A stretch of 64,000 nucleotides of DNA from Candidatus Peribacteria bacterium (GCA_023038255.1 CP082927.1:446146-510145), one strand, 5' to 3'. Positions 25,365-35,383 are shown, numbered from the stretch's first letter. Numbers and translations are program-made. The notes: generated by a model from the letters alone, not told the origin.

Positions 25365-28220
25365 ATGTCTAACACACAAACATCAGATTCTCCCAATCTC
25401 GACAGAGAAGATCCGGCCACACTGGAACAAAGCACACGCCGTCAGTGGTCTTTGATTGGACATCTGTTGCATCTGCCGCCGGTCGATACATTGGCGAATG
25501 AAAATCAGCAAATGGTCGCCGAACGCATTGCAGATTTCATGGCAGACATTCGTGGGGGCATTGCAGACAGGGCAAATCTTCGTGATCAATTGCATGAGGC
25601 ATATCAAGAGCGTCTTCAAAATATTGGAACAGTGGATGCTGCGAATGAACCTGTTCGTGCAGCGACAACGAGTCTGAATGTTTCCAATGCAGAAGCATGG
25701 CTGCAGACTATCTATGCACACTTCAGTGAAGAGGAATTGAGAAATATTGTTCGCAATCTCCCTGCATCCATCTTGCCTGCTAACCGCGACAGACGCTGGC
25801 TCACACATGTGAACGGAGTAGATTATTCTATCGATCTCACACACCCTATTTGGAAAACAGGTAATCGCGATACAATTGCACGCGCTCTTGAAGGAAGAAC
25901 TCTTCCACAAGCAGGTATTACTGTGATCAGTGGAATCCCGGTTCCGGGTTATGTGTTAACACCAGCTGATGTAGAACTTTTTCTTGGTTCGACGTGTGAA
26001 GTTGTGGATCCGCAACTTTCACTGGGCCAAATGCAGTTGGACAATCAGCCTGCAAGAGGACAGAGAATGATTATTGATTTAGCGCCCATGATTCGCCTCA
26101 ACCCTGTTATTGCAGGATGGGATAGAGACGAAATGGTCAACGGATTTGAAAACATTTTTCCAAACAGATTCAATAGATTTTCACGTCGTGTAAATATGTG
26201 GACAGGCGCTCGGCTGCCTCGCATTACTGCACATGCCGATTTTGAAAATATTGTTGATGCATTATTTGAGCAAAATTCCCGCGATCCGAATCATGCATTT
26301 GGAACGCGCGAGGTAAGTCTTACAACAGCTATTCAGAACAGAGAGCCTATCGATCGTTTAGTTTCAGGATCTGCGAGTAATCGTGAATTGCTTTTGGCTC
26401 TCTCCATGATCCAGCGTGATCCTTCTGCAGTAGCGGTTCTGGAAAATCAAACAGTTAACACCGCTGGAATACGGAATAGATTATCCCAGAATGAAAATAT
26501 AATGAGATTAGCTCAATCTTTAAAGGATTTACGTAGTTTGACAATTCCGCGTTTCAATTCTGCATCCATTACTGCAGGAACAAATGCGATGAATACGATT
26601 ATTACAAATGCTAGCGGAGTATCCGGTTCTACCGACATAAATGTAAACCTGCGAGATCGCACGCCTCCATTAACTCCGGATGAAATTGATGAAGCAAATA
26701 GATCAGGGATTCCACCGACCTTATGGTATAGAGTGCAAGCTCCTCGCCTTATTCCCGGCGGTGGAGGTGCAATGACAGATGAAAAGAATAACGGTGAACG
26801 TTTTGAGAAAATCGCTGAACAAGCACAAAAGAAAATTGCCGAGTATAAAGAGGCACAGCAGCAAATTAATGCTGTAACGCGATTGCTCAATGAAATGCTT
26901 GCTCAATTAAATGCAAGTGGTATTGGAGAAGCGCAGATTCCGGATCCAACATACGCTACGTTGCGTCGTTACTTGGTTGATTCAACAGCTGTCCCCCCGG
27001 TACTTGCTATACAGATGGCAGAGGTAGGACCGGATATGAATACTTCTGAACTGGTTCGACAATTTACTACAGCATTACGTGAGGCAGCAAATCCTACAAA
27101 TCGCATTGTGTTGCGTGATCTCTCGCACTATGAAAAATTGCAGGAAACCATTACTGCAGAATTAGCTGCTGCAGAAGCGAATACATCGAGCTCTTCGCTA
27201 ACTGGCTCTGAAGCCTGTCGTGCAGTTGTTGAGCGCGGACTTTCACATGAAGGTCTGCGTGGCGAGGAATTGAAAGATACGGCGCAGTACATGTTCAACA
27301 GTATTCAGAGAACACGCGAATCTGAAGCGGATTTGCAGATGTATGCAGAACGTCAGTTTGCTGATGGCGAACGTGATGCTGATGCGGGGCATCGTTGGGA
27401 TCATGGAAAATCCTTCAGAACATTCTCATCACTTGGTTTACGTGAGAGACATTTTTTCCACGACTACGCGCACAATCTTCAACATGATGTACACAGATTT
27501 GGCTTTGATATTGCAACGCCGAATGCAGTGCATAACTTTGGCAATCATCTCTTGCCGCATCTTATTGATGTGTACTTCAGAACAAAGGCAATGACGGAGC
27601 TGGATCCGCATGATCCGCACTATCTGCCGTCTTCAGAAACAGTCGTTCGTTTCCAGCGCCAGCTCTACATGCATATTGTGGACCGTGCACAGCGCAGCTT
27701 CAATCGTGCAACGGGTATGACGAACGAAGAACTCAATGCGTTCCGTGCCAAGGGAATGAATATCGATGTCGCACAACTTCCCGCAATGACCATTCAGGAA
27801 CGCATGGGTTATATTCGTGAGTTTATGAACGACACGAATGCATACATGAACGTTCCAAATAATAAAAAGAACTTTGATCGCATGGTCCAGGATGCTTATC
27901 ATCCGATTCAGGAAATTATCGACAGACACAACCGCCGCAATCCTATGAGATACATCAGAGGTATGTGGAACTGGACCGGTCGGCCTCTTCTGAATGCGGC
28001 AGGAATCGGAGCGGATAGTGCATGGAAAAACAAGAAGGGTATCGCCGTTGCCGCTCTTATTGGCACTGCCGCTGTTCCGATTCCGTTTGTCGGTACCGCT
28101 CTTGGTGCTGCCTATGGTTTCTTTAAGGGATTAGGAAATGGCGGACACGGTGCAGCACGCGGACACGATGCTCATGGCGGTCATGATGATCATGGTGACG
28201 ATCACGGCCACGGCCATTAA
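25365..28220 (+). CDS. orphan protein C (951 aa) with a His cluster, C-terminal hydrophobic hairpin and His/Asp-rich tail
   Basis: Long ORF with no signal peptide. HFFHDYAHNLQHDVHRFGF...HNFGNHLLPHL. Hairpin GIAVAALIGTAAVPIPFVGTALGAAYGFF. Tail GHGAARGHDAHGGHDDHGDDHGHGH. Confidence 0.75.
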   Translation: MSNTQTSDSPNLDREDPATLEQSTRRQWSLIGHLLHLPPVDTLANENQQMVAERIADFMADIRGGIADRANLRDQLHEAYQERLQNIGTVDAANEPVRAATTSLNVSNAEAWLQTIYAHFSEEELRNIVRNLPASILPANRDRRWLTHVNGVDYSIDLTHPIWKTGNRDTIARALEGRTLPQAGITVISGIPVPGYVLTPADVELFLGSTCEVVDPQLSLGQMQLDNQPARGQRMIIDLAPMIRLNPVIAGWDRDEMVNGFENIFPNRFNRFSRRVNMWTGARLPRITAHADFENIVDALFEQNSRDPNHAFGTREVSLTTAIQNREPIDRLVSGSASNRELLLALSMIQRDPSAVAVLENQTVNTAGIRNRLSQNENIMRLAQSLKDLRSLTIPRFNSASITAGTNAMNTIITNASGVSGSTDINVNLRDRTPPLTPDEIDEANRSGIPPTLWYRVQAPRLIPGGGGAMTDEKNNGERFEKIAEQAQKKIAEYKEAQQQINAVTRLLNEMLAQLNASGIGEAQIPDPTYATLRRYLVDSTAVPPVLAIQMAEVGPDMNTSELVRQFTTALREAANPTNRIVLRDLSHYEKLQETITAELAAAEANTSSSSLTGSEACRAVVERGLSHEGLRGEELKDTAQYMFNSIQRTRESEADLQMYAERQFADGERDADAGHRWDHGKSFRTFSSLGLRERHFFHDYAHNLQHDVHRFGFDIATPNAVHNFGNHLLPHLIDVYFRTKAMTELDPHDPHYLPSSETVVRFQRQLYMHIVDRAQRSFNRATGMTNEELNAFRAKGMNIDVAQLPAMTIQERMGYIREFMNDTNAYMNVPNNKKNFDRMVQDAYHPIQEIIDRHNRRNPMRYIRGMWNWTGRPLLNAAGIGADSAWKNKKGIAVAALIGTAAVPIPFVGTALGAAYGFFKGLGNGGHGAARGHDAHGGHDDHGDDHGHGH

Positions 28221-28225
28221 TACAT

Positions 28226-30616
28226 ATGATCTACACACTCTTCCAGACAGGCTTCAACAATCCTCTTCGCGAGAAGCGGTTGATGTATAATGCTATTGGC
28301 GGCACCCCGAATGAAGGCCCTACCTATAGCACTGTTGCGGCTCGGCTTCTGGATTATCCTGATCACCAGGATTTCCTGACATGGGTACAGGACAGGCCTG
28401 GCAGAATGGTGGAAGGTGTGACATGGATGACCGGCAGTGTTGCTGCATGGCTCGCAAAAGAAATCATCCAAATTCCTGCAGGTCTTCTGCGCGGCATTAA
28501 AGCTGTGTGGGAACAGGAAACAAATAATGAAGAAATGCTCTCGCTCATTGGGCAGACTGCGGCCTTTTTCCGCGATGTGCCCACTCTGGGTGATGATCTC
28601 GGACGCTTTATTGAATTGAAAGCACTCGATAAGCAGCAGATGTTCAATATGGTGAGCCATGAACTCTGGGTCGACGCATTTGCAACTGAGAATATTTTCG
28701 ATGAACCCCAGACTCCTGTTGATCCGGCTAACACCGGTGTAAAACCTGCAGACTTTCTTTTAAGTCTTGATCCTGAAGAGCGTAAGAAAGTGTACTTTGA
28801 ATATGTTGATACATTCATTCCGACCAATTTACAGGGAGATGCGAAGCCGATTGTAAAAGACGAAGATGCATCCCGTCGTTTTATCAGACTGAAGAATGAG
28901 CAAAAAGATACATTTAACGGTGCGCTCGGTGCGATTCTCGGTATTGATAAATGGCAGAATTTAAAAGGAAACGTGAATGCGAATGAATCAAAAACTCTCG
29001 CAGAAAAAAGTCTGACGCAGCATTACCGTACAAATAAGTCTGACTTTGCACGCATGTCCAATAACGGACTGGTGAACGACCTCAACGATGCGAAGCAATT
29101 TGCAAAGTTTGGCGGACATACATTCGATCTCGACAATCCCAAAGAGATTGCGCGCTATATGGCCCCCAGCCGCCTGAAGGGAATGCTGACGCAGAATGTT
29201 CTGAGTAAAGAAAACTTCAGAAAACTTGCCGGTGGAATCCAGGAAATTGAGTATCTCGAACGTCTTGCCATTGGAAAGACTGAGCAGAATCTCAGCGTTC
29301 TGACCAAGGCCACCAAGCAGTCGCTCAAAAAAGAAGCGAACACACTAATGGATACGTGGAATAATCTGAATGGTGTCGAGACTGTGCTTCTGTGTGCAGG
29401 TCTTGCGTATCTTTTGTACAAGAGTGATACGGCAAAAACAGTCGGTTTGGGCCTGGCAGGAGCATACTTTGTGCAGAAATTTGGCTTCCGCCAGGATGAT
29501 CCCATTGCAGTCTGGAGCAGTTTTTTGAATTCTTCTGTCGATGCAGGTTCAGAGCTTGGAAAGTCTGCAATCGGCGACCCCGCATCGTTGAAAGGAACAT
29601 CAGAACTCCGTCATCGTGCGGAGATCTACGTGAACTTATTGAGTCCGCACGATCGTGATCATATGGACAAGGAATCTGTCGCGTTGGCTCTCATGCATGA
29701 AATTGAATTACCACTTCTTGCTGAGGCCTTTGTGATGAACGGACAGGAGGGTCATAAGTGGGAGATGAACATCAAGCCCGGCAGTCCGCTCGATCTTCAG
29801 CTTGCAGAAGTAATGGCGAAGCGCGGCTGGAGCAAGGACTATCGCACGTATTTCAAAGATCCGAAAAATGTGAAGTACCTGACGCAGGCAATGGGTCTCG
29901 TGTTCTACAAAATTGCGAAGGATAGTCACGACGGAACAGACAAAGACGTCGCCGCCGTCGAAAATGTCTGGAACAAAATGCCCGCCGGTGCAGGACTTCC
30001 GTATCTCCCGAGTCCGTTTACGACTGTGAACTACAAGCCGTACAACATGATGAATGAGGATCCGGATCTGCATCTGGAAATGCTGACCGCTCAGCAGATT
30101 TACATGCGCCTTGTTGCACAGGGTCGCGGAATTGCAGGAACGATGGGCAACGAAACGCTGGGTCACTACGTGTATCACAACATGCTGACACATCAGAAAG
30201 ATCAGGAAATGAGAAATCGCTACAAGACGCCGTATCAGACGAATCGTGCGGGAGGTGCTGCACCAACAACTCCAAACGCTGGAAACCAGGCACCGGGAAT
30301 TCCTCAGGCAGGAAACAATGCTCCATCCAATACTCCTGGTGCCGGTAATCAGGCCCCGGGAAATCCAAATCCAGCAAAGAACCAGGTCCCGGGAAATCCA
30401 AATCCAGGCAACCAGCCTCAGGGAAATCCAAATCCAGCAAAGAACCAGGCACCCGGAAATCCAAATCCAGGCAACCAGCCTCAGGGAAATCCGAACCCGG
30501 GGAACCAGGCCTCTGTTGGCCCGGGTCCAGGCAACCAGCCTCAGGGAAATCCTGATCCAGCAAAAAACCAGGCACCCGGAAATCCTGGTCCTGCAAAAGC
30601 ACCTCCTGCTAAATAA
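28226..30616 (+). CDS. orphan protein D (796 aa) with an internal hydrophobic hairpin and a tandem-repeat Asn/Pro/Gln-rich C-terminus
   Basis: Starts 5 nt after the stop of C. Hairpin VETVLLCAGLAYLLYKSDTAKTVGLGLAGAYFVQKFGF. The C-terminus carries 21-aa repeats GNPNPAKNQAPGNPNPGNQPQ. Confidence 0.75.
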   Translation: MIYTLFQTGFNNPLREKRLMYNAIGGTPNEGPTYSTVAARLLDYPDHQDFLTWVQDRPGRMVEGVTWMTGSVAAWLAKEIIQIPAGLLRGIKAVWEQETNNEEMLSLIGQTAAFFRDVPTLGDDLGRFIELKALDKQQMFNMVSHELWVDAFATENIFDEPQTPVDPANTGVKPADFLLSLDPEERKKVYFEYVDTFIPTNLQGDAKPIVKDEDASRRFIRLKNEQKDTFNGALGAILGIDKWQNLKGNVNANESKTLAEKSLTQHYRTNKSDFARMSNNGLVNDLNDAKQFAKFGGHTFDLDNPKEIARYMAPSRLKGMLTQNVLSKENFRKLAGGIQEIEYLERLAIGKTEQNLSVLTKATKQSLKKEANTLMDTWNNLNGVETVLLCAGLAYLLYKSDTAKTVGLGLAGAYFVQKFGFRQDDPIAVWSSFLNSSVDAGSELGKSAIGDPASLKGTSELRHRAEIYVNLLSPHDRDHMDKESVALALMHEIELPLLAEAFVMNGQEGHKWEMNIKPGSPLDLQLAEVMAKRGWSKDYRTYFKDPKNVKYLTQAMGLVFYKIAKDSHDGTDKDVAAVENVWNKMPAGAGLPYLPSPFTTVNYKPYNMMNEDPDLHLEMLTAQQIYMRLVAQGRGIAGTMGNETLGHYVYHNMLTHQKDQEMRNRYKTPYQTNRAGGAAPTTPNAGNQAPGIPQAGNNAPSNTPGAGNQAPGNPNPAKNQVPGNPNPGNQPQGNPNPAKNQAPGNPNPGNQPQGNPNPGNQASVGPGPGNQPQGNPDPAKNQAPGNPGPAKAPPAK
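30358..30600 (+). repeat. 63-nt tandem repeat (about 3.7 copies) inside gene D
   Basis: Units at 30358-30420 and 30421-30483 are nearly identical, and the next two are degenerate. Each unit encodes GNPNPAKNQ(V/A)PGNPNPGNQPQ. Confidence 0.85.
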
Positions 30617-30631
30617 TGAATATGTAAAATT

Positions 30632-30660
30632 GGACGGAATGCTTCATAAGCATTCCGTCC
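30632..30660. terminator. 13-bp perfect hairpin between convergent genes D and E
   Basis: GGACGGAATGCTT-cat-AAGCATTCCGTCC. The U-tracts are weak on both strands. Confidence 0.6.
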
Positions 30661-30710
30661 GTTAGATTGTTGATCGATCAAAATTGAACGCATTTCGCCC
30701 CTGCTTCAGC

Positions 30711-31301
30711 CTAAAAGGCCGTATAGAGACTGTCTCGGGCTTTCAGGCCTTTGGTTGCATCGGCGTTGTAGTGATACCAGGCCTTGCCTCTTCTCGCCGG
30801 TATCACCAATTTGTCAGTGTCGCCGGGAACTTCGATCTGAATGATGATTTTGTCCGGTTCTGGAGCCGGAAGTGCAAAATTCAGTTCTTTTCCAGTGACC
30901 GCTGGTGGTGTGCCAGTCATAACAGGTGTTACCAGGAGTTCCGGCGGGTCAATGTCCGGTTGCTGCACAATGCTTGTCACCTTCAGGATTGAGTGAACGG
31001 CACCTGGGCAGATTGCACAGGCAAAAAACAATGTTCCTGCTGCAATCATGACCGCGCCGATCAATTCCTCGATTGACACATTTCCCGCATGAGACTCACC
31101 CTTACGGATGAGAACCCAGCCAGCGATGACCAATCCATAGCAAGCCAGCATGGTCATGATGAACTTTCCAAAGTCCACCGACTCCGATTTCGCTCGCCAG
31201 ACGGGCAACACTAGAAATCCAAAAAGGATCATTGCTACTGCCAGCAGGAACCAATCCAACCAACCCCATTGCACTCCGCCATTGTTTTGTGGTGCGCTCA
31301 T
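30711..31301 (-). CDS. membrane protein E (196 aa), three TM helices plus a C-terminal soluble domain
   Basis: The ORF has a GAAGGA Shine-Dalgarno-like motif about 9 nt upstream. Three hydrophobic helices. No family recognised. Confidence 0.65.
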   Translation of the reverse strand: MSAPQNNGGVQWGWLDWFLLAVAMILFGFLVLPVWRAKSESVDFGKFIMTMLACYGLVIAGWVLIRKGESHAGNVSIEELIGAVMIAAGTLFFACAICPGAVHSILKVTSIVQQPDIDPPELLVTPVMTGTPPAVTGKELNFALPAPEPDKIIIQIEVPGDTDKLVIPARRGKAWYHYNADATKGLKARDSLYTAF

Positions 31302-31458
31302 ACTTCTCGTCCTTCATTCTAATTCGGCTATCCACATCACATTGAAACACGCGTCCAACGTTGATGTGAAAAATCAATCTAACTAATATTATAAAATATA
31401 CTCTATAAATAGTCAATAAGCTTTATAACCCCAAAATAGGGCATTTGAACCTGCAATA

Positions 31459-31487
31459 TTGCTCAATTTCGGGAAATTTGCTATAAT
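31459..31487 (+). promoter_or_regulatory. promoter of cassette F-G
   Basis: TTGCTC-N17-TATAAT (TGCTATAAT), 18 nt before ATG 31506. Confidence 0.55.
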
Positions 31488-31505
31488 AATGAGAAAACCT
31501 GACAT

Positions 31506-31838
31506 ATGACATCCACAACAAAAAACCCGCCGGCACTCACAGGGGAAGAGATGTACGACATGATTATGGAACGCATTGAACCCGATCTCACAACAAAAAT
31601 GCTCCCGCAACTCGATGCTTTGTATAGTTACGAAACACCGGAGCAGCGTGCAGCGCGTGAGGAGTGGTACACAAAAGTGTTTGCACAGTTTGAAATCGAA
31701 TACGCACGCTTCGCGAATGGTATGAAAAATTACTACACAAACATCCGCAAGAAAGCACTCTCGATGGTTCGTGCAGTAAAGGAAGATGCAGAAAAAGTCA
31801 GTACAACGTCCATTGAAGAATCCATTCAGAATTCGTAA
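31506..31838 (+). CDS. small helical protein F (110 aa), paralog of M at 46866..47186
   Basis: It has its own promoter (31459-31487). It aligns along its length with M (GEEMYDMIMERIEPDLTT vs GQEIYDAIMAGIEPELTT; tail SIEESI vs SIESSL). Confidence 0.75.
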   Translation: MTSTTKNPPALTGEEMYDMIMERIEPDLTTKMLPQLDALYSYETPEQRAAREEWYTKVFAQFEIEYARFANGMKNYYTNIRKKALSMVRAVKEDAEKVSTTSIEESIQNS

Positions 31839-31843
31839 CTCTT

Positions 31844-34800
31844 ATGCACACACGTTTCCGCACACAGGCTGCAACATTCCGCACAGGCGAGCGGAGACTT
31901 CTTGCGCTTGCACAAGATGTACCGCCCTTCAATTCTGCAGCAATGGGGGAGGTACCGGAAACAATTAAAGATTTGAAGACCCCGGAATTCGAGCAGAAGA
32001 TCTTGAATCTTCTCAAGAGTGCGGATGAGGATGCGAAGATTGTGAAGGCGTGCAGAACAGAAGTTCTGAACCTGATTAAAAATGATCCATACTGGAAAAC
32101 TCTTGATGAACGCGAAAAAAGAAAAATTCTCGAAGCTTTCCCAAAGAGAAAAATCGACTTCATGGAATTTGCTGTCGATAATAATTTCCTGGCAGCCGAA
32201 GCATCACTCGAGCTGAAAGAATTGTGGGAACAGCGTCCGTCTCATGTGCATACATATGCAGATACCGTTACAAAAGTAACATATCTTCCGGATGGAATGG
32301 AGATGAGCACGTTTGAAGAATTGGTGCAGAGATGGGAGAAAGTGAAGATGGATCTCGCAAAAACATTCCGTGGTTATAACACTAACAAGAACACACCTCC
32401 GGATGTTTTGGAGGCAAGAGCAGTGGCTACAGCAGCGCAGCAGGCGATGCAGGCTGAACTAGCAGAAAAACTGGGAGCGGACTGGTCTGTCAGAATCGCG
32501 GAATATAAATCCAGAAAGACGCTCGACAGACGTGCGCAGATTCTGAAGAAAGAAGAGATTGGCAGACAGGAAGATGAAGCGCGCGGGATCAAGCGCGGTG
32601 GTCAGAATACGGTTGAGCCATGGGATGCAGAAATCCAGCGCGGCCTCAGAAATTCACAGCGTCGCAATGACAATCCTCATTCCAAATACGGAAGAGCGGC
32701 TGCAAAATTGCGCGAGAATGACTTCGTCGATAACGGGCAGATTCCAACCTACGAAGTAAAATTCAATCCGAAGCTGCGTGTGAAAAGTTTCGATTCGAAA
32801 ACAGGGACCTACAGAGACCGGACCGCAGAACGCAATGAGTTTATGAAGGGAAAGGAAATGGATTATTCACAGAATCCCAACGGTGAGCCACTGGGTTCCA
32901 GAAAGCGTCCGGCAAAAGTAACATCCCGCCCGGCTATGTTCGGTCCGGGAACAGTGAGCAGTCAGGGGCATGATGATCTGGTTCGCCAGTCGACGTCTCA
33001 TCTGGATACGGATGTGCAGAATAAGCTGCGTGCGGAGGCGGGCAGCCGTGCATATCAGCAACTTCGTAAGGATATTATTAACTTGGACAAAGAATATCCG
33101 AATGCAGATGAATCACAATCGTTTACCGTGTTGCAGGATTTCATCCGTCGTGGTGAATATCAGAAGGCTATCGATCAGATCGGTATTCTCAGACGTGAGC
33201 TGAAGCAGATGAACTCGCTCACTACTATTGGGGATAAGGTCAATATGCAGGCGCAATCACTTGATGTGGAAGACTCACCGTACTTTACGGTGAACGTCAA
33301 AAACATGCTGACCGGGAAGACGTATTCATTCAAGCCCCAATTGGTCCTGAGTACGAATGAGGCATCAAATGATGCTGCAACTGTGCAGTCACTGTACGCA
33401 TCAGAAGGTGTCGCCATCCGTTTTGATCGCATGGGTGACAGAATAACGGAATCCAATCAGAAAAAAGTAAGCAGTATGGCGATTGATCTTACCAATCCGG
33501 ATAGTAAATATTTTACTGTCACCACCAACTCGCGTAACAATAATAATGCACTCGAACTCGGTAATCCTGCATTGAAGCCCGCTCCGTACGATACTGGTGC
33601 ACCGGAAAATGAGCCTGTCGGAAACACCCGCAAAGTCACATTGGATTTTTCCAAAGGAATTCCGAGAAGCATTTCCATCATCAATAAAACAAAGCAAAGC
33701 AAAGACGGGAATGCAGATTCTTTCACCGGAAGTCAGCTGGAAGGCTTGGCAGACGGTGCATCACTCAGAGGAGGAGTGGCAGGTGTGACAATCCGGAAAG
33801 AAGGAGATGCATATACAATGTCTCTGGACAATGCATCGCAGTATTCTGTGAGGGAATTGGGAGCAGGAGTAGGCACAGATTACAAAGATATTTCGAATAC
33901 CATTCCGGGCCTGAACCCGGGCGCTCCGTTGCAGCGCAGCATGCCAAGGCCGGCTCCGGCACGCTCAGCAGCAATGCCGTCCATGGAGCAGCAGGAAATT
34001 GTAGATCCTACCATGCGTTCGTTTAATGTAACTTTCACAAGTGGCCTTCCGTTTGGACTGAATATCAGCAACAACACGACAAAAAAAGCTACAACATTTT
34101 TTAATGATGAACTGAAGACTTTGGATACCGGTGCCATTTTAACCAATCCGGATATTGGTGTGACGATTCAGAAAGTGAATGGCCAATATCGCGTGTCGCT
34201 TAAGAAAGGGAACCATTTTGAAATTATCAGAGTCAATAGTCCAAATGGCACAAACAGGGATGATATCTCGCGTTATATTCCTGGCTTGAACAATGGTATT
34301 CCCGATCCTGCAGCTACACAGACGCAAACATCACCAACGCCTGCGCCGACGAATCAGGTGCCAACTATCCAGCCAAGAACGACGCCGGCAACCCGCCCCG
34401 CCCCGCTCCCGCAGCTTGATCCGTTGCCCCAGCAGCAAGCTCCATTTGAGGGTCCACCTGCTACAACGCCCGAGGCACCATTGAGCCCTCCACCCGTTCA
34501 GCGCGCACCGGAAACAGTACAAAATGGTCCCACGCAGCAGGAATTTACTGCACAGAGAGATGAGATTATTGCAAAAACAAATGTCCTTGTGCGTCGCATG
34601 AACACGTATAAAGGGAAAGAATGGATGGAGTATACCAACAGATTCCGGAACAATATCCAGCTGCGTATATTTAATTATGATCCGCAGAACCGCCTGCTGA
34701 ATAATGGCAGACGCACGAATGAATGGAATCTGGAGCAACTGAAAAAAACGTTTGATGTGTATGCACCGTCTGCAGAAGCACGGATGAATGAATGGGATGA

Positions 34801-35383
34801 ACAGAATGCAGCGAAGAGTCTGCCGCCTGATTTCCCCGAGACAGCTGTTGAGCGTCCGGCACCGGCAGCAAGTCCTGCTGCAGGTACACGACCTAAGACA
34901 AATGTGGAAAAAATCAATGAAATTACAGACAGTCTTCCGGCAGTTACCCAGACACCGTCAGCCACTCCGGCACCTAAATCTAATGCAGATGCCATCAATA
35001 GAATTGCAGACGATCTCCCAAAAGTGCCTCAGGCTCCAGAAGCTGCTCCGTCTACTGCCCCCAATGGTGCAGGGGCCATCGATGAGATTACCAATAATCT
35101 TCCGAAACCTTTGGAAGCAAAGCCAGAAGCAACAGAAGCGAACGATGCAAAGGCGATGGAAAAACTGAAGAACGAATTCGATGATCTTCTTGTAAAGGCG
35201 ACAACAGAAGTAGAGCGTCTGACGACAATAAAATATGCAAATATTAAAGAGGTTGAAGCATTAATGCAGACTCTGAAAGATGCCAAAAACAATGCGGCCA
35301 CCGTTGATGATATGACAGGCATCATCGGCGTGCTTAACGATGCTCTGAATGACATGAAAAAAGAAAAAGGTGACGCAAAATAA
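31844..35383 (+). CDS. giant orphan protein G (1179 aa) with internal tandem domains of about 100 aa and Pro-rich segments
   Basis: Starts 5 nt after the stop of F; an alternative start is ATG 31943 (MGEVPETIK). Tandem repeat RKVTLDFSKG...GVTIRKEGDAY...IPGLNPGAP / RSFNVTFTSG...GVTIQKVNGQY...IPGLNNGIP. No signal peptide. Confidence 0.8.
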   Translation: MHTRFRTQAATFRTGERRLLALAQDVPPFNSAAMGEVPETIKDLKTPEFEQKILNLLKSADEDAKIVKACRTEVLNLIKNDPYWKTLDEREKRKILEAFPKRKIDFMEFAVDNNFLAAEASLELKELWEQRPSHVHTYADTVTKVTYLPDGMEMSTFEELVQRWEKVKMDLAKTFRGYNTNKNTPPDVLEARAVATAAQQAMQAELAEKLGADWSVRIAEYKSRKTLDRRAQILKKEEIGRQEDEARGIKRGGQNTVEPWDAEIQRGLRNSQRRNDNPHSKYGRAAAKLRENDFVDNGQIPTYEVKFNPKLRVKSFDSKTGTYRDRTAERNEFMKGKEMDYSQNPNGEPLGSRKRPAKVTSRPAMFGPGTVSSQGHDDLVRQSTSHLDTDVQNKLRAEAGSRAYQQLRKDIINLDKEYPNADESQSFTVLQDFIRRGEYQKAIDQIGILRRELKQMNSLTTIGDKVNMQAQSLDVEDSPYFTVNVKNMLTGKTYSFKPQLVLSTNEASNDAATVQSLYASEGVAIRFDRMGDRITESNQKKVSSMAIDLTNPDSKYFTVTTNSRNNNNALELGNPALKPAPYDTGAPENEPVGNTRKVTLDFSKGIPRSISIINKTKQSKDGNADSFTGSQLEGLADGASLRGGVAGVTIRKEGDAYTMSLDNASQYSVRELGAGVGTDYKDISNTIPGLNPGAPLQRSMPRPAPARSAAMPSMEQQEIVDPTMRSFNVTFTSGLPFGLNISNNTTKKATTFFNDELKTLDTGAILTNPDIGVTIQKVNGQYRVSLKKGNHFEIIRVNSPNGTNRDDISRYIPGLNNGIPDPAATQTQTSPTPAPTNQVPTIQPRTTPATRPAPLPQLDPLPQQQAPFEGPPATTPEAPLSPPPVQRAPETVQNGPTQQEFTAQRDEIIAKTNVLVRRMNTYKGKEWMEYTNRFRNNIQLRIFNYDPQNRLLNNGRRTNEWNLEQLKKTFDVYAPSAEARMNEWDEQNAAKSLPPDFPETAVERPAPAASPAAGTRPKTNVEKINEITDSLPAVTQTPSATPAPKSNADAINRIADDLPKVPQAPEAAPSTAPNGAGAIDEITNNLPKPLEAKPEATEANDAKAMEKLKNEFDDLLVKATTEVERLTTIKYANIKEVEALMQTLKDAKNNAATVDDMTGIIGVLNDALNDMKKEKGDAK

